Below the pieces are notes generated by a model. The model did not search any database, had not been told where the DNA came from, and worked only from the letters and a program-made list of their open reading frames with translations. DNA of 64,000 nt from assembly GCA_963765495.1 (NCBI GenBank), contig CAVXWP010000014.1, positions 1 through 64,000 of the forward strand, given 5' to 3'. This document shows positions 1-10,911 of this stretch, piece after piece. The position numbers were made by a program, and so were the translations under genes. This DNA comes from Blastocatellia bacterium (lineage in GTDB: Bacteria; Acidobacteriota; Blastocatellia; UBA7656). The first letter of the stretch is position 1. Each line of letters starts with the position of its first letter.

Positions 1-1083
1 TCCCGTCGTGCTCATACGTCGACGGCAGGCAGAGCAGGGAGTGGGCGTCCAGCGCGAGCGCCGGCCCCGACACGAAGTCCTCGTGTCCGCCGATCCCCGA
101 GTACTGGTCGCCCCTGATCGTGTCGGCGATGACCTGTCCCTGGATGTCGACCGAGAGCGCGCCGTTGATCGTGACCATCGTTGCGGTTGCGGGCGATCAC
201 GTCGGGCGAGTTGACGAGCTCGACCGGCAGGAACGCCACGTCGGCGTTGCCGTCGAGCCACTCGTAGAGCTCCCGGGTTCCGCCGGCGAAGGTCGCGACC
301 GAGACGCCGTCGAACTGGCCCTTGCGGTTCGTCACCTTGCCGGCCTCGTGCAGGTGCATCAGCCCGGTGGTGAACATCTCGGAGTGGACGCCGTAGTCGC
401 CGCCGTCGCCCTCGGCGAGCAGCCCCGCGATCGTCGAAGGGATCGCGCCGATCCCGGTCTGCAGGGTGGCGCCGTCGTGGATGAACTCGGCCGGCGTGCT
501 CGGCGATCGCGCGCTCGACGTCGCCGGGCGGCGGGTCCTCGAGCGGCAGCGGCGCCCGCGTCGCTCTCCACCAGCACGTCGATCTCGTCGACGTGGAGGG
601 CATGGCGGTACTCGGGCTGCAGGCCGCGACGTGCGCGGGAACAGCTCCGAGACCTCGACGATCAGCAGCCGCTCCGGGTCCTCGGCCGACGCGGAGCAGC
701 TCCTTGAGGTGCTGCCGGCGTGCAGCGAGAGGCTGCACCAGCCGTCGCGCGTCCGGCGGCGCGGCGGCCGTCGCCATCACCCGGGGCGCCTGCTCCTCGA
801 GCATCGGCTCGAAGCGGCGGAAGTCGGCGGGGGCGAAGCTGATGTTGGCGCCCTGGTCGCGCAGCACGCGCTCGATCGGGCCGTAGAAGCCCGACAGGTA
901 GTGGACGTTCGGGTGGTTGAAGAGCGGGGTGAGGACGAACAGCAGGGCCGTCCAGATCCGCAGCTCCTCCCAGTCGTCCCGCTCGCCGAGCGCCTCGAGC
1001 AGCGCCGCCGGCTGGCCGGGTCCGAGCGGCATCGCGAAGGTGTCCTTGGGCTCGAACAGCCCGGCGGCCTCTTCCGCGCTCAT
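1..1083 (-). CDS. Acetyl-CoA hydrolase/transferase (4-hydroxybutyrate CoA-transferase family), frameshifted; 3' end at or beyond the window edge
   Basis: Starts MSAEEAAGLFEPKDTFAMPLGPGQP. Later fragments include GATLQTGIGAIP, GVHSEMFTTGLMHLHEAGKVTN and ATFAGGTRELYEWLDGN. The pieces lie in several frames. Confidence 0.8.
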   Translation of the reverse strand, partial: MSAEEAAGLFEPKDTFAMPLGPGQPAALLEALGERDDWEELRIWTALLFVLTPLFNHPNVHYLSGFYGPIERVLRDQGANISFAPADFRRFEPMLEEQAPRVMATAAAPPDARRLVQPLAARRQHLKELLRVGRGPGAAADRRGLGAVPAHVAACSPSTAMPSTSTRSTCWWRATRAPLPLEDPPPGDVERAIAEHAGRVHPRRRHPADRDRRDPFDDRGAARRGRRRRLRRPLRDVHHRADAPARGRQGDEPQGPVRRRLGRDLRRRNPGALRVARRQRRRGVPAGRARQLARRDRPQPQRWSRSTARSRSTSRDRSSPTRSGATSTRGSADTRTSCRGRRSRWTPTPCSACRRRMSTTG

Positions 1084-1105
1084 CCTCCGCGCCACGCGCG
1101 GGACC

Positions 1106-2747
1106 CTACGCGTGGCGGGTCTTCGGCGGCTGGGCTTCTCCGGCGCGCTTCTTCTTCTTCGCGAGCGGCTTCGGCGGCTTGCCGATCTCGGTGTTGCAGG
1201 CGGCGCCGGTGCACGGGACGAGCTTCGCCAGTGCTTCTGCAGCCACTTCCGCACCGGGGGGTAGCGGGCGTCCTTGTAGACGGAGTTGACCTCGAGCCGG
1301 TCCTTGAGCATGTCGTAGATCTCGCGGCCCCCGTCGCCGTACTTGATCAGCAGGTAGCGGCCGGTGCGGATCGCGCGGTAGCGGGGCGCGACGATCGCCC
1401 GGGCGATCTGGGCGGTGTGGTCGAGGTCGGGGTTCTTGACGTACTTGCTGAACTTGACCCGCTTGCCGGCCGCCGCCGGCGGTCGCCCGGCTCGAAGGTC
1501 GTGCCGGGAGGCCCGGTCTCGAACAGGATCGGCCGGGTCGAGCGCTTGGTCGGGTCCTGGGCGTAGGGCAGCATCGACGCCCGTCCTGCGGGAGGCCCGG
1601 GGCGCGCCCGCCATCTGCAGGATCGTCGAGGTGATGTCGCCGTTCCAGACCAGCGCCTCGGCTGAGAGCCGGCGGGGATGCCCGGGCCCGCGGATCAGCA
1701 ACGGCACCTGATGGAGGGGTCGTAGGGGACGAACTTGCCCTGGTGCAGGCGGTGCTGGCCCTGCATGAAGCCGTTGTCGGAGGTGAAGATCACGTAGGTG
1801 TTGCCGAGCGCGCCGCTCGCGACTGCAGCTCGTTCATGATCCGCTCGATCGCCTCGTCGACCGGGAGCAGGGTCTCGAGCCGGCGCTGGTAGCGGGCTGG
1901 ATCTTCGCGATCAGGCCGGGGCCCAAGCGCTTGATCCCCTGATCCAGCCGCGGCTTGTCCTTGATGTTCTTCTCGTTGAAGCTCTTGTCGATCGGCAGCG
2001 GCGCGGTGGCGAAGGCGCTCGCGTACTGCGGCGCCGGCGTGGTCGGGATCGTGCGGGCGCGAAGAACTGCACCTGCATGTAGAGGGGCTGTCGGGGAAGA
2101 GCGTGAGGTGGTTGTTGATCCGGTCGACGGCCATGTCGGCGTAGACGTCGGTCTGGTAGTCGTCGGGCGTGTACTGCTGCGTCGACGCCGTTCTCGTCGA
2201 GGGTGAAGTCCGTGTAGGCGGACGGGGGCCCGAGGAAGCCGTAGAACTCGCCCTTGAGCGGGCCCGGTGCCGCCGGCGAAGGGACCCCATCCCGGCGGGA
2301 CGTAGTTCTGGTCGGTGAGTCCCCGAAGCCGTTCGGCATCTTGCCGATGTGGATCGTGCGGTAGCCCGCGGTCTGCAGCCAGACCGGCAGGTCGTTCTTG
2401 TCGTTGAAGCTCCGTAGCCGCCCGAGGGCGGGGTGTTGCCGATCACGCCGTGTTGTGGGCGTACTCGCCCGGTCTGGACCGTGACCCGCGAGGGGCAGCA
2501 GAGCGGGATCGAGACGTACGCGTTCTGGAAGCTGGCGCCCGGCGTCGCCGATCAGCGCCTGGGTCTGCGGCATCGCCGAGCATGTCGCGCACGGTCTGAT
2601 CGTCGGTGGTGAACATGATCACGTTCGGCTTGCTGCTGCGGCCGCGCGGGAGGCTCGCCGCGAGCCAGCAGCGCGAGCATGCAGAGCGCAGGCGAGCGCG
2701 CCACGACCGCAGCCCGCCCTCGATCCGGGTCCGGTGATGCCCTGCAT
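1106..2747 (-). CDS. Sulfatase (N-acetylglucosamine-6-sulfatase-like), secreted, frameshifted
   Basis: KPNVIMFTTDDQ, formylglycine motif LCCPSR (~2485-2500), GYRTIHIGK and YVIFTSDNGFMQGQH. Split across frames. Confidence 0.8.
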
Positions 2748-2868
2748 GGCATCCAGACCGAATATAACGAGCGGCGGCCGCGCGAAGTTGCGGGGCCGGC
2801 GACCGGCGCACCCCGCAGATCGATCGTCTAGGGTTTCGCGCCTCGCCGGGGGGCGGGGCGCACGGGAG

Positions 2869-5697
2869 ATGAGAGAGGCCGCGATCAACAGACGCGTGCT
2901 CGCCGCGGCCGTGGCCGCCGCGCTGCTGGCCGGCGGCGTGCGCTCGCGCGCCCGCGCGGCCGCGCGGCTCCGCGGTCGAGCCGGGCACGCTCTCGGTGCA
3001 CGTGAAGCGAGCCGTCTCGCAGCAGACCTCGCCTCGAGGGCAAGGTCCGGCGCGCGGGTCGAGCTCGGACTCGCCGGGCAAGCTCAAGGTCTGGCGAGCG
3101 TGCTCGGCCGGCCGACGGCTCCGGGGCCCGCTCGGATCGCGAGGCCCGGCTGGTCACGTTCCGACGGCTCGGCGTCCGAGAACGGTCACGCTTCGCCTCA
3201 GCCGCGCGCGGCCGCGCGGCGCTCGCGGACTGCTCGCCGAAGGACCTGATGCGTCGCGCGCGGCCGGCGCGGTCTCGCCGCAGCGGCCGCGCCGCGGGCC
3301 AGTCGCGGCGTCTCGACCGCGCCGCTCAGCGATCGACAGCCCGGCGTGCGCCGCCGGGCCGGCGGGCGGCCAGGCGCGGCCGCGGCGGACGACCGGGCGG
3401 TGGCGGCGGCGGCACCGGCGGTGGCGGCGCAACGGCGACGTGATCCCGCCGCCGCAGCCCTACACCGGGCCCGCCATCGACACGTCGAACGCCGACCGCT
3501 GCGACGTCCTCGACCCGGCGGTCTGCCTCCAGCCCTTCCCCAACGACTACTTCACCGTCGCCGACCCCACAGCGACACGGGGCGGCGGGTCAACCTCGAC
3601 CGCTCGACTCCGATGAACCCGCCGCCAGCGCCGCCGGGCCGGTTCACATCGACACCGCCGAGCTCAACCGCAACGACGGCTTCAGCCCGGGCAACATGAT
3701 CATCGCCCGCATCCCGGGGCTCGACAACCCGCAGGCCTTCCAGAACACCGGCGCCGTCGGCGGTCGACACATGGAGGCCTACGGCGACCCGGACCAGCCG
3801 GTCGTCGTGATCAACGCCGACACCGGCCAGCGCCAGCCGATCTGGTCGGAGATCGACTACAACCCGCTCGACCCGGCAAGGGCAGCGACCCGAGCAGCGC
3901 CGCCGACCGGGCCAAGGTCAACCTGATCATCCGCCCGGCGGTCAACTTCGAGGAGGGCGGCCACTACATCGTCGCGCTGCGGGACCTCAAGGACGAGAAC
4001 GGCGACCCGATCCAGCCCGACCGACGCCTTCCGGGTCTACCGCGACAACCTGACCACCACCGATCCGGCGATCGAGGGCCGCCGCGCCCACATGGAGGAC
4101 CTGTTCGAGACGCTCGGCGAGGCCGGCATCCAGCGCTCGGGCCTCTACCTCGCCTGGGACTTCACGGTCGCCAGCGAGCGCAACCTCACCGAGCGGATGC
4201 TGCACATCCGCGACGACGCCTTCCCCAGCTCGGCGACACGACCTCGCCGACAGCAGGTCGCAGGGCAGCTCGCCCGACGTTCACCGATCGACGCGCAGCC
4301 AGACCGAGACCAGACGCCAACGCGAACATCGCGCCGGATCGTGCACGGCACCGTGACGGTGCCCTGCTACATGAACACGCCGGGCTGCTCGCCGGTCGGC
4401 TCGACCTTCAACTACGGGCCCGGCACCGGCCCCGACCGGCTGCCCAGCCAGACGCCCGGGCAACACGCCTCGGCCGACTTCGAGTGCATCATCCCGCACT
4501 CGGCGCTCGACGCGCCCGGGCCCGCGCCGGCGCGCGTCTCGCTCTACGGCCACGGCCTGCTCGGCAGCGCCAGCGAGGTCGAGGGCGGCAACGTCGAGGC
4601 GATGGCCAACGAGCACAACATCATCTTCTGCGCGACCGACTGGTACGGCTTCGCGACCACCAACGTGCCGAACATCCTGCTGATCCTCCAGGACGTCTCG
4701 CAGTTCCCGCTGCTCGCCGACGAGACCCAGCAGGGGCTGCTCAACTTCCTCTACCTCGGGCGGCGCGCGATCCACCCGACGGGCTCGACGCCGACGCCGC
4801 CTTCCAGGACGGCAACGGCCAGCTCGGTGATCAACACCGAGCGGCTGCTCTACGACGGCAACAGCCAGGGCGGCATCCTCGGCGGCGCCTGACCGCGGTC
4901 GCCCCCGACTTCCGCCGCGCCGTGCTCGGCGTGCCGGCGATGAACTACTCGACCCTGCTCGAGCGCAGCGTCGACTTCGAGCCCTACGCGGAGGGCAAGT
5001 TCACCGGCGATCGATCTGCGACCTGCTTCCCGTCGCCGCTCGAAGGACGTCTGCAACCTGGCTCCGCGGCGACACCCCGCTCGGGCTCTACGACAACTAC
5101 CCGAACGAGCTCGAGCGGCCGCTGATCTTCTCGCTGATGCAGATGCTCTGGGACCGCGCCGAGCCGAACGGCTACGCGCAGCACATGACCGACCGACCCG
5201 CTGCCCGAACACGCCGACGCACAGGTGCTGATGCAGGCCGCCTTCGGCGACCACCAGGTGGCCAACGTCGCGGCCGAGGTCGAGGCGCGGACGATCGGCG
5301 CCCGCATCTACCAGCCGGCCCTCGACCCGGGCCGCTACTGGAACCCGAACGGCGTCTTCGGCATCCCGCGCGATCCGGTCGTTCCCCTTCAGCGGCTCGG
5401 CCCTGGTCTACTGGGACGGCGGCCCGCTCGAGCTTCCCGGGCGGCACGGCGACCCCGCCCAACGAGGACATCCCGCCGCGGCCGACCGCGCCGGCCTACC
5501 GGCTCGGACCCGCACAGCTACCCGCGCAACGACGTCAAGGCGCGGGCGCAGAAGTCGGACTTCCTCCAGCTCGACCGGCGGCGCTCAACAACTACTGCAC
5601 CACCGCCAACCGGCCGGACCCCGTCGTCGCCTCGGCGCTGGTCCCGAACACCGGGACCGCGATCCCGTGCCACTCGCACGGCTGGCTCGGGCCGTAG
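2869..5697 (+). CDS. Large secreted alpha/beta-hydrolase-like protein, frameshifted
   Basis: Signal-like start MREAAINRRVLAAAVAAALL, a Gly-rich linker, CLQPFPNDYFT, SLYGHGLLGS, nucleophile elbow GNSQGG and FGDHQV. Reconstructed from several ORF fragments. Confidence 0.6.
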
Positions 5698-5832
5698 CAG
5701 CCACCAAGCCGCTCTCCTCCGGAGCGAAGGGCGAAGCCCGTAGCGACTTGCCTGGGCGGCCGCTCGTGGCTGCGAGCTGCTGGCGAAGCCGGATTCTCAT
5801 CCCGCGCTTATGCACAGCCGGATAGGGTCGCC

Positions 5833-6295
5833 GTGGACTGGAGGACGATCCTTCGCTACGCGGCGATCGGCCTCCCGCGGCGCTGATCCTGGTGCAGCTG
5901 ATCCCGTACGGGCGCGATCACTCCGACCCGCCGGTGACGCGCGCGGTGCGCTGGGACAGCCCGCGGACCGAGCAGCTCGTCGACCAGGCCTGCGGCGACT
6001 GCCACAGCAACCTGACAGTTGGCCCTGGTACACGAACGTCGCGCCGGTCTCGTGGCTCGTCCAGCGCGACTCGACGAGGGCCGCGGCATCCTCAACTTCT
6101 CGGAGTGGGACAAGCCGCAGCCGGACATCGGCGAGCTGGTCGACAGGTCCAGAGCGGCGAGATGCCGCCGCTCCAGTACAAGCTGATCCACGGCGGCGCC
6201 CGGCTCTCGGACTCGGAGAAGAGCGCCCTGGCCAGGGCCTGGTCCGGACCTACCAGCAGGATCCGCCCGCGGGCATCAGGTCAGGGGGCGGCTGA
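5833..6295 (+). CDS. Heme-binding domain protein (monoheme cytochrome c-like, Haem_bd type), frameshifted
   Basis: ACGDCHSN heme motif, WPWYTNVAPVSWLVQRD and GEMPPLQYKLIH. Confidence 0.75.
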
Positions 6296-6341
6296 CGGCG
6301 CGGATCGAACGCCCGCTAGGGGATAGGGTTAGCGGCGCCGG

Positions 6342-8125
6342 ATGGGATTCTTCGAACCCTCACCACCGCCGTTCGACCTGGAGGAGTGGAAGGCGAAGCC
6401 GCACCTGGCGCGGCTGAAGCCGCTGGTCCAGGACTGGGGCGCTGAACGGCTTCGGCTCGCCGACCTTCGTCTACCTGCTCTACGCGTTCAAGCTGGTCAT
6501 CTTCGCGTCGGCGCGCTGCTGGTGATCTCGCTGACGCCCGGGCCTCGGCGGGCTCGGCGACCTCGGCGACTGGTGGACGCAGCCGATCGTCTTCGAGAAG
6601 TTCGCCGTCTGGACGCTGCTCTGGGAGATCCTCGGCCTCGGCGCCGGCTCGATGCCGCTCAGCTTCCGCTTCGTGCCGCCGATCGGCGGGCCGCTCTACT
6701 GGCTGCGGCCGGGAACGATCCGGCTGCCGCCGTGGCCGGACAGGGTCCCGTTGACGAAGGGGATCGAGGCGCACCCCGCTCGACGTCGTCCTCTACGCCG
6801 GCGTGCTCGCCTCGGCGGTCTTCCTGCTCGCCGCCTCCGGCGTCGACGCCGGCGGCGGCTCGGCCGGGCAAGCTGCCGCCGGCGGGGATCGCCGTCCTGC
6901 TCGGCTTCCTCGTCCTGCTCGGGCTGCGCGACAAGGTCTCGTTCCTCGGCGCCCGCCCCGAGATCTACGGGACGATGCTCGTGGTCGGGCTGTTCCCGAT
7001 CGACCAGTGGATCGTCGCCTGGCAGTTCGTCTTCCTCTTCATCTGGTGGGGCGCGGCGTCCTCGAAGCTCAACCACCACTTCCCGTTCGTCGTCTCGACG
7101 ATGATCAGCAACGCGCCCCTGATCCGCTCGAAGGCGTTCAAGCGGCGGCTCTGGCGCGACTACCCGGAGGACATGCGGCCGTCGCGGCTGTCGGCGGCGA
7201 TCGCCCACTTCGGCACCGTGCAGGAGTTCGGCTGGCCGCTGCTCCTGATCACCGTGGACAACGACACGATCCGGACGATCGCGATCGTCGGGATGATCCT
7301 CTTCCACCTCAACATCACCTCGATGTTCCCGCTGGCGGTGCCGCTGGAGTGGAACCTGTTCATGATCTTCGGGCTCCTCTTCCTCTTCGGGCACTACGGC
7401 GACGTGCCGCTCTCGACCCTCGACGACCCGCTGCTGATCGCCTTCCTGCGATCGCGCTGCATCGTGCTGCCGGTGCTCGGCGGCACTGCGGCCCGACAAG
7501 ATCTCCTTCCTGCCCTCGATGCGCTACTACGCCGGCAACTGGGCGACGACGCCAGTGGCTGTTCCGCAAGGGCAGCGGGGCGGAGGAGAAGCTCGACACC
7601 CGAGATCAAGAAGGCGGCGCGGATCGATCGTCGAGCAGGTCGGCGAGATCTACGACCCGCGAGATCGCCGAGTTCCTGCTCAACAAGGGGCTCGCCTTCC
7701 GCGCGATGCACTCGCACGGGCGCGCGCTGAACGCGCTGCTGCCCCACGCGGTCGACGACGTCGAGGCCTACGACGTCGCGCGAGGGCGAGCTGATCTCCA
7801 ACGTCGTCAACGGCTGGAACTTCGGCGACGCCCACTTCCACGGCGAGCAGCTGCTCGAGGCGGTGCAGGAGCGCTGCGGGTTCGAGCCCGGCGAGGTGCG
7901 GGTGATCGAGCTCGAGTCCGAGCCGACCGGTGCGCGGCCGCGGCCGCCAGCGCTACGAGATCTACGACGCCGGCGACCGGCCTGGTCGAGGAGGGATCGG
8001 TCGCGGTCGCCGACATGGTCACCGCCAGCCCTGGCTCGACGAGTCCTTCGACTTCCCGGTCGAGGTCGAGCGGCGGCCGCCGGAGCCGCGGCGACGCGGC
8101 GCAGCGCCTGCGCCGAGTCGCTTGA
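6342..8125 (+). CDS. DUF3556-family membrane protein, frameshifted
   Basis: MGFFEPSPPPFDLEEWKAKP, YWLRPGTIRLPPWP, WWGAASSKLNHHFPFVV, FPLAVPLEWN, MRYYAGNWAT and GWNFGDAHFH are typical of this actinobacterial family. Confidence 0.75.
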
Positions 8126-8648
8126 GCGACGCGATAGTCGTCGGCTCGGGCCCCAACGGGCTCGCCTGCGCCGTGGCGCTGGCCCGGGAGGGCGTGGGGG
8201 TGACCGTGCTGGAGGCCGAGGAGACGATCGGCGGCGGCACCCGCAGCGGCGAGCTGACCGTGCCCGGGCTCCTCCACGACGTCTGCTCGGCCGTCCACCC
8301 GATGGCGGTCGGCTCGCCGTTCCTGCGCTCGCTCGGATCTGGAGCGCCACGGGCTCGAGTGGCGCTGGCCCGAGGTCGGACCTCGCTCACCCGCTCGACG
8401 ACGGCAGCGCCGGGGTGATGGTGCGGTCGATCGAGGAGACGGCGCGGGGGCTGGGGGAGGACGGCACCGCCTGGCGGCGGGTCTTCGGATCCTCCTCCGC
8501 TCACTTCGACGCGCTGCTCGAGGACATGCTCGCGGCCGATCCTCCACCTGCCCGAAGCACCCGATCCGCCTGACCCGCTTCGGGATCCCGGCGGCGGCGC
8601 CCGGCGACCGTGCTCGCCCGCTCCTGGCGGACGCCACAGGCGAGGGCG
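8122..8648 (+). CDS. Phytoene desaturase-family NAD(P)/FAD oxidoreductase, truncated at the junction
   Basis: The TTG start overlaps the upstream TGA. Rossmann motif DAIVVGSGPNGLACA...LEAEETIGGG and HDVCSAVHPMA. Ends abruptly at ...RTPQARA. Confidence 0.8.
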
Positions 8649-8660
8649 CGCCGCCGCTCG
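8640..8660. other. Probable chimeric junction between two genomes
   Basis: Abrupt change in GC and codon usage, two convergent genes both truncated here, and frameshifts only to the left. Confidence 0.85.
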
Positions 8661-10107
8661 CTGTGTTAGCCGAAGCATTAAATGTAGACATTATCGAAGG
8701 GAATGCGCATCGTTGCAGCCACGCCGTAGGGCGGCCTTTGTCATCGACTGCCGCCTTCAGATACATGGCCGAAACGGTGTGATAATAATCGAATCGGATG
8801 TCATCTTCGCGCGTCCATGTGACTCTGACCGGCTTGCCTACGGCTTTTGAAAGCAACGCGGCTTCGGCCACATAATCGGGCTTTGACTTGCGGCCAAACC
8901 CGCCGCCAAGCAGCGTGACGTGACACTCTACATTCTTTTTATCAATGCCGAGCGCCGCCGCTACGGTGTCTTGCACGGCCTGTGGATTCTGCGTGGCGGC
9001 ATAAATCATAGCTTTGCCGCCCTTGAATTCAGCAATCGCAGCGGGCGGTTCCATAGGCGCGTGCGCAAGGTGCGGCACATAATAGTCGGCCTCGTGTGTC
9101 TTGCCGCCTTTGGCAAATTCGGCGTCCACATTCCCCACTTCGCGCACGGCTTTCTGAGGCTTGTGAACCGTTTCCATCAATTTTTGTTTGTAGTTGTCCG
9201 AATCGTAACTTGCGTGCTCGCTCTCGTCCCATTCTACCTTGAGCTTTTTACGGCCCTGCATGGCCGACCACGTGTTGCTGGCGATCACAGCTACCCCGCC
9301 CAGCGGCTTGAATGCATGAGGCGGCTTGAAATCTTCTATCACTACCGTACGGTCAACGCCCGGCACTTTGAGCGTCTCCCTGTCATCAAAGCTCTTGAGT
9401 TTCCCGCCAAGCACAGGCGACCGCTCAATCGAGGCGTAGACCATTCCCGGCATCGTCGCATCAATGCCGAATATGCCTTTTCCCGAGCATAAAGCCTCGC
9501 TGTCAACAATCGGCACGGGTTTGCCGATGTAGCGGTATTCGGCAGGCGACTTGTATTTCAAATCTTCCTGCTTTGGCTTGGCGAGTTTTGCCGCAAGCGG
9601 AGCCAGTTCGCCGTAACCGAGTCTCTTCCCGCTTTTTGCGTGAACGACTACATGATTTTGAGCCTTGCACTCGGCCACGGGGACGCCCAGTTTATCTGCC
9701 GCCGCTATTTCAAGCATAAGGCGCGCCGTGGCTCCGGCCTCGCGCATGGCGTCGTAGAAGTCGCGGATCGAAGCCGAACCATCCGTGTTTTGCGAGCCGT
9801 ATTTGACATCGCCTATGGCCTGCTCTACTCTTACGCGCTTCCAGTCGGCGTCCAGTTCGTCGGCCACTATCGTGGGGAGCACGCTGCGAATGCCCGTGCC
9901 CATCTCCGAGCGGTGCGCCACTATTATCACGGTGCCGTCGGTTTCAATGCCTAAATAAACGCTCGGGTGCCACGCGGCATTGTCCGCGTCTCCGAGCGGC
10001 GAGGCGAGCGCGCTGACGGGCAGCACCCGCGCGGCCAGCACCATTGCCCCGGCTGAAAAGATACTGCCCAAAAATGCGCGACGGCTCACTATTTCGATTC
10101 GGTTCAT
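8650..10107 (-). CDS. iorB: Xanthine dehydrogenase-family molybdopterin subunit (isoquinoline 1-oxidoreductase beta-like), C-terminus lost at the junction
   Basis: Tat motif [20 protein letters not shown] and [10 protein letters not shown]. Only ~486 codons are genuine; the rest of the 766 aa ORF is read-through into foreign DNA. Confidence 0.8.
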
Positions 10108-10595
10108 TTCTTCACCCCCTCTGCTTTTTCACCCTGTCTCTTCTGGCTGGCCGCCAGTTTGATCGCTTCCCTGATCCGCTGATAGGTTCCGCACCGGCAG
10201 ATATTGCCCCGCATCGCTTCGTCAATGTCGGCGTCGGTCGGTTTTGGCTTTTGCCTGAGCAAGGCCGCCGCCTGCATGATCTGCCCGCTCTGGCAGTATC
10301 CGCATTGCGATACGTTGACCTGCATCCACGCCTGTTGCAGAGGATGGGAACTGTCGGATGAGAGTCCCTCAATCGTAGTGATCTTCTTTCCGACCGCGCT
10401 TGAAACCGGCGTAACGCACGAGCGCACAGCTTCGCCGTTTAAATGTACGGTGCAAGCGCCGCAAAGCGACATGCCGCAGCCGAATTTTGTGCCCGTCATA
10501 CTGAGCGTGTCGCGCAGCACCCAGAGCAGGGGCATATCGGGGCTGACCTCAACCTTACGATCTTTCCCGTTTACGTTTATCGTGATCGCTTCCAT
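10104..10595 (-). CDS. iorA: (2Fe-2S)-binding subunit (isoquinoline 1-oxidoreductase alpha-like)
   Basis: [23 protein letters not shown] and CRCGTY. AGGAGA RBS before the ATG at 10595. Overlaps the iorB start by 4 bp. Confidence 0.88.
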   Translation of the reverse strand: MEAITINVNGKDRKVEVSPDMPLLWVLRDTLSMTGTKFGCGMSLCGACTVHLNGEAVRSCVTPVSSAVGKKITTIEGLSSDSSHPLQQAWMQVNVSQCGYCQSGQIMQAAALLRQKPKPTDADIDEAMRGNICRCGTYQRIREAIKLAASQKRQGEKAEGVKK

Positions 10596-10719
10596 CAAGT
10601 TTCTCCTTGTAAAGTAAACACTCAGACGCACCCCGCAAAAGGCTGCGGGCCTCCTCAATTAAATCAGACCATAAGAGATTTGAGCAAAAGATTCTCTAAA
10701 TCGAAAAGCACAAGCCTGG

Positions 10720-10735
10720 TGCAAACGAAACTCCA
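10720..10735 (-). promoter_or_regulatory. Candidate sigma54 -24/-12 promoter for iorAB
   Basis: Minus strand TGGAGTTTCGTTTGCA gives GG-N10-GC with TTGCA, ~125 bp upstream of iorA. Confidence 0.45.
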
Positions 10736-10756
10736 GAGCAGGCTTATCAGAAACAT

Positions 10757-10836
10757 GCCACGGATGCGGCGGATCTGACTCTTTATGACCTAATCCGCGA
10801 AAATCCGCCGCATCCGCGTCATCCGTGGCCTATTCC
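10757..10836. repeat. Palindromic intergenic repeat, CGGAT/ATCCG 9-bp-period family, copy 1
   Basis: gccacggatgcggcggat ... atccgccgcatccgcgtcatccgtggcctattcc. Confidence 0.85.
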
Positions 10837-10911
10837 AAAGTCCTCTTCATTCAGTTTCATTTTAACCAATTTCTTGCGGAGTAATTTAGAGTGGAATCCC
10901 GTCTGAGTTTT

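Noticed and set aside
1-8648. Many long overlapping Arg/Ala/Pro-rich ORFs, or programmed frameshifting
   Set aside because: These are expected shadow frames in very high-GC DNA plus indel errors, and I saw no consistent slippery sites
7807-10107. 766 aa ORF as a novel IorB fusion with an Arg/Pro-rich tail
   Set aside because: The tail is antisense read-through across the chimeric junction at ~8649
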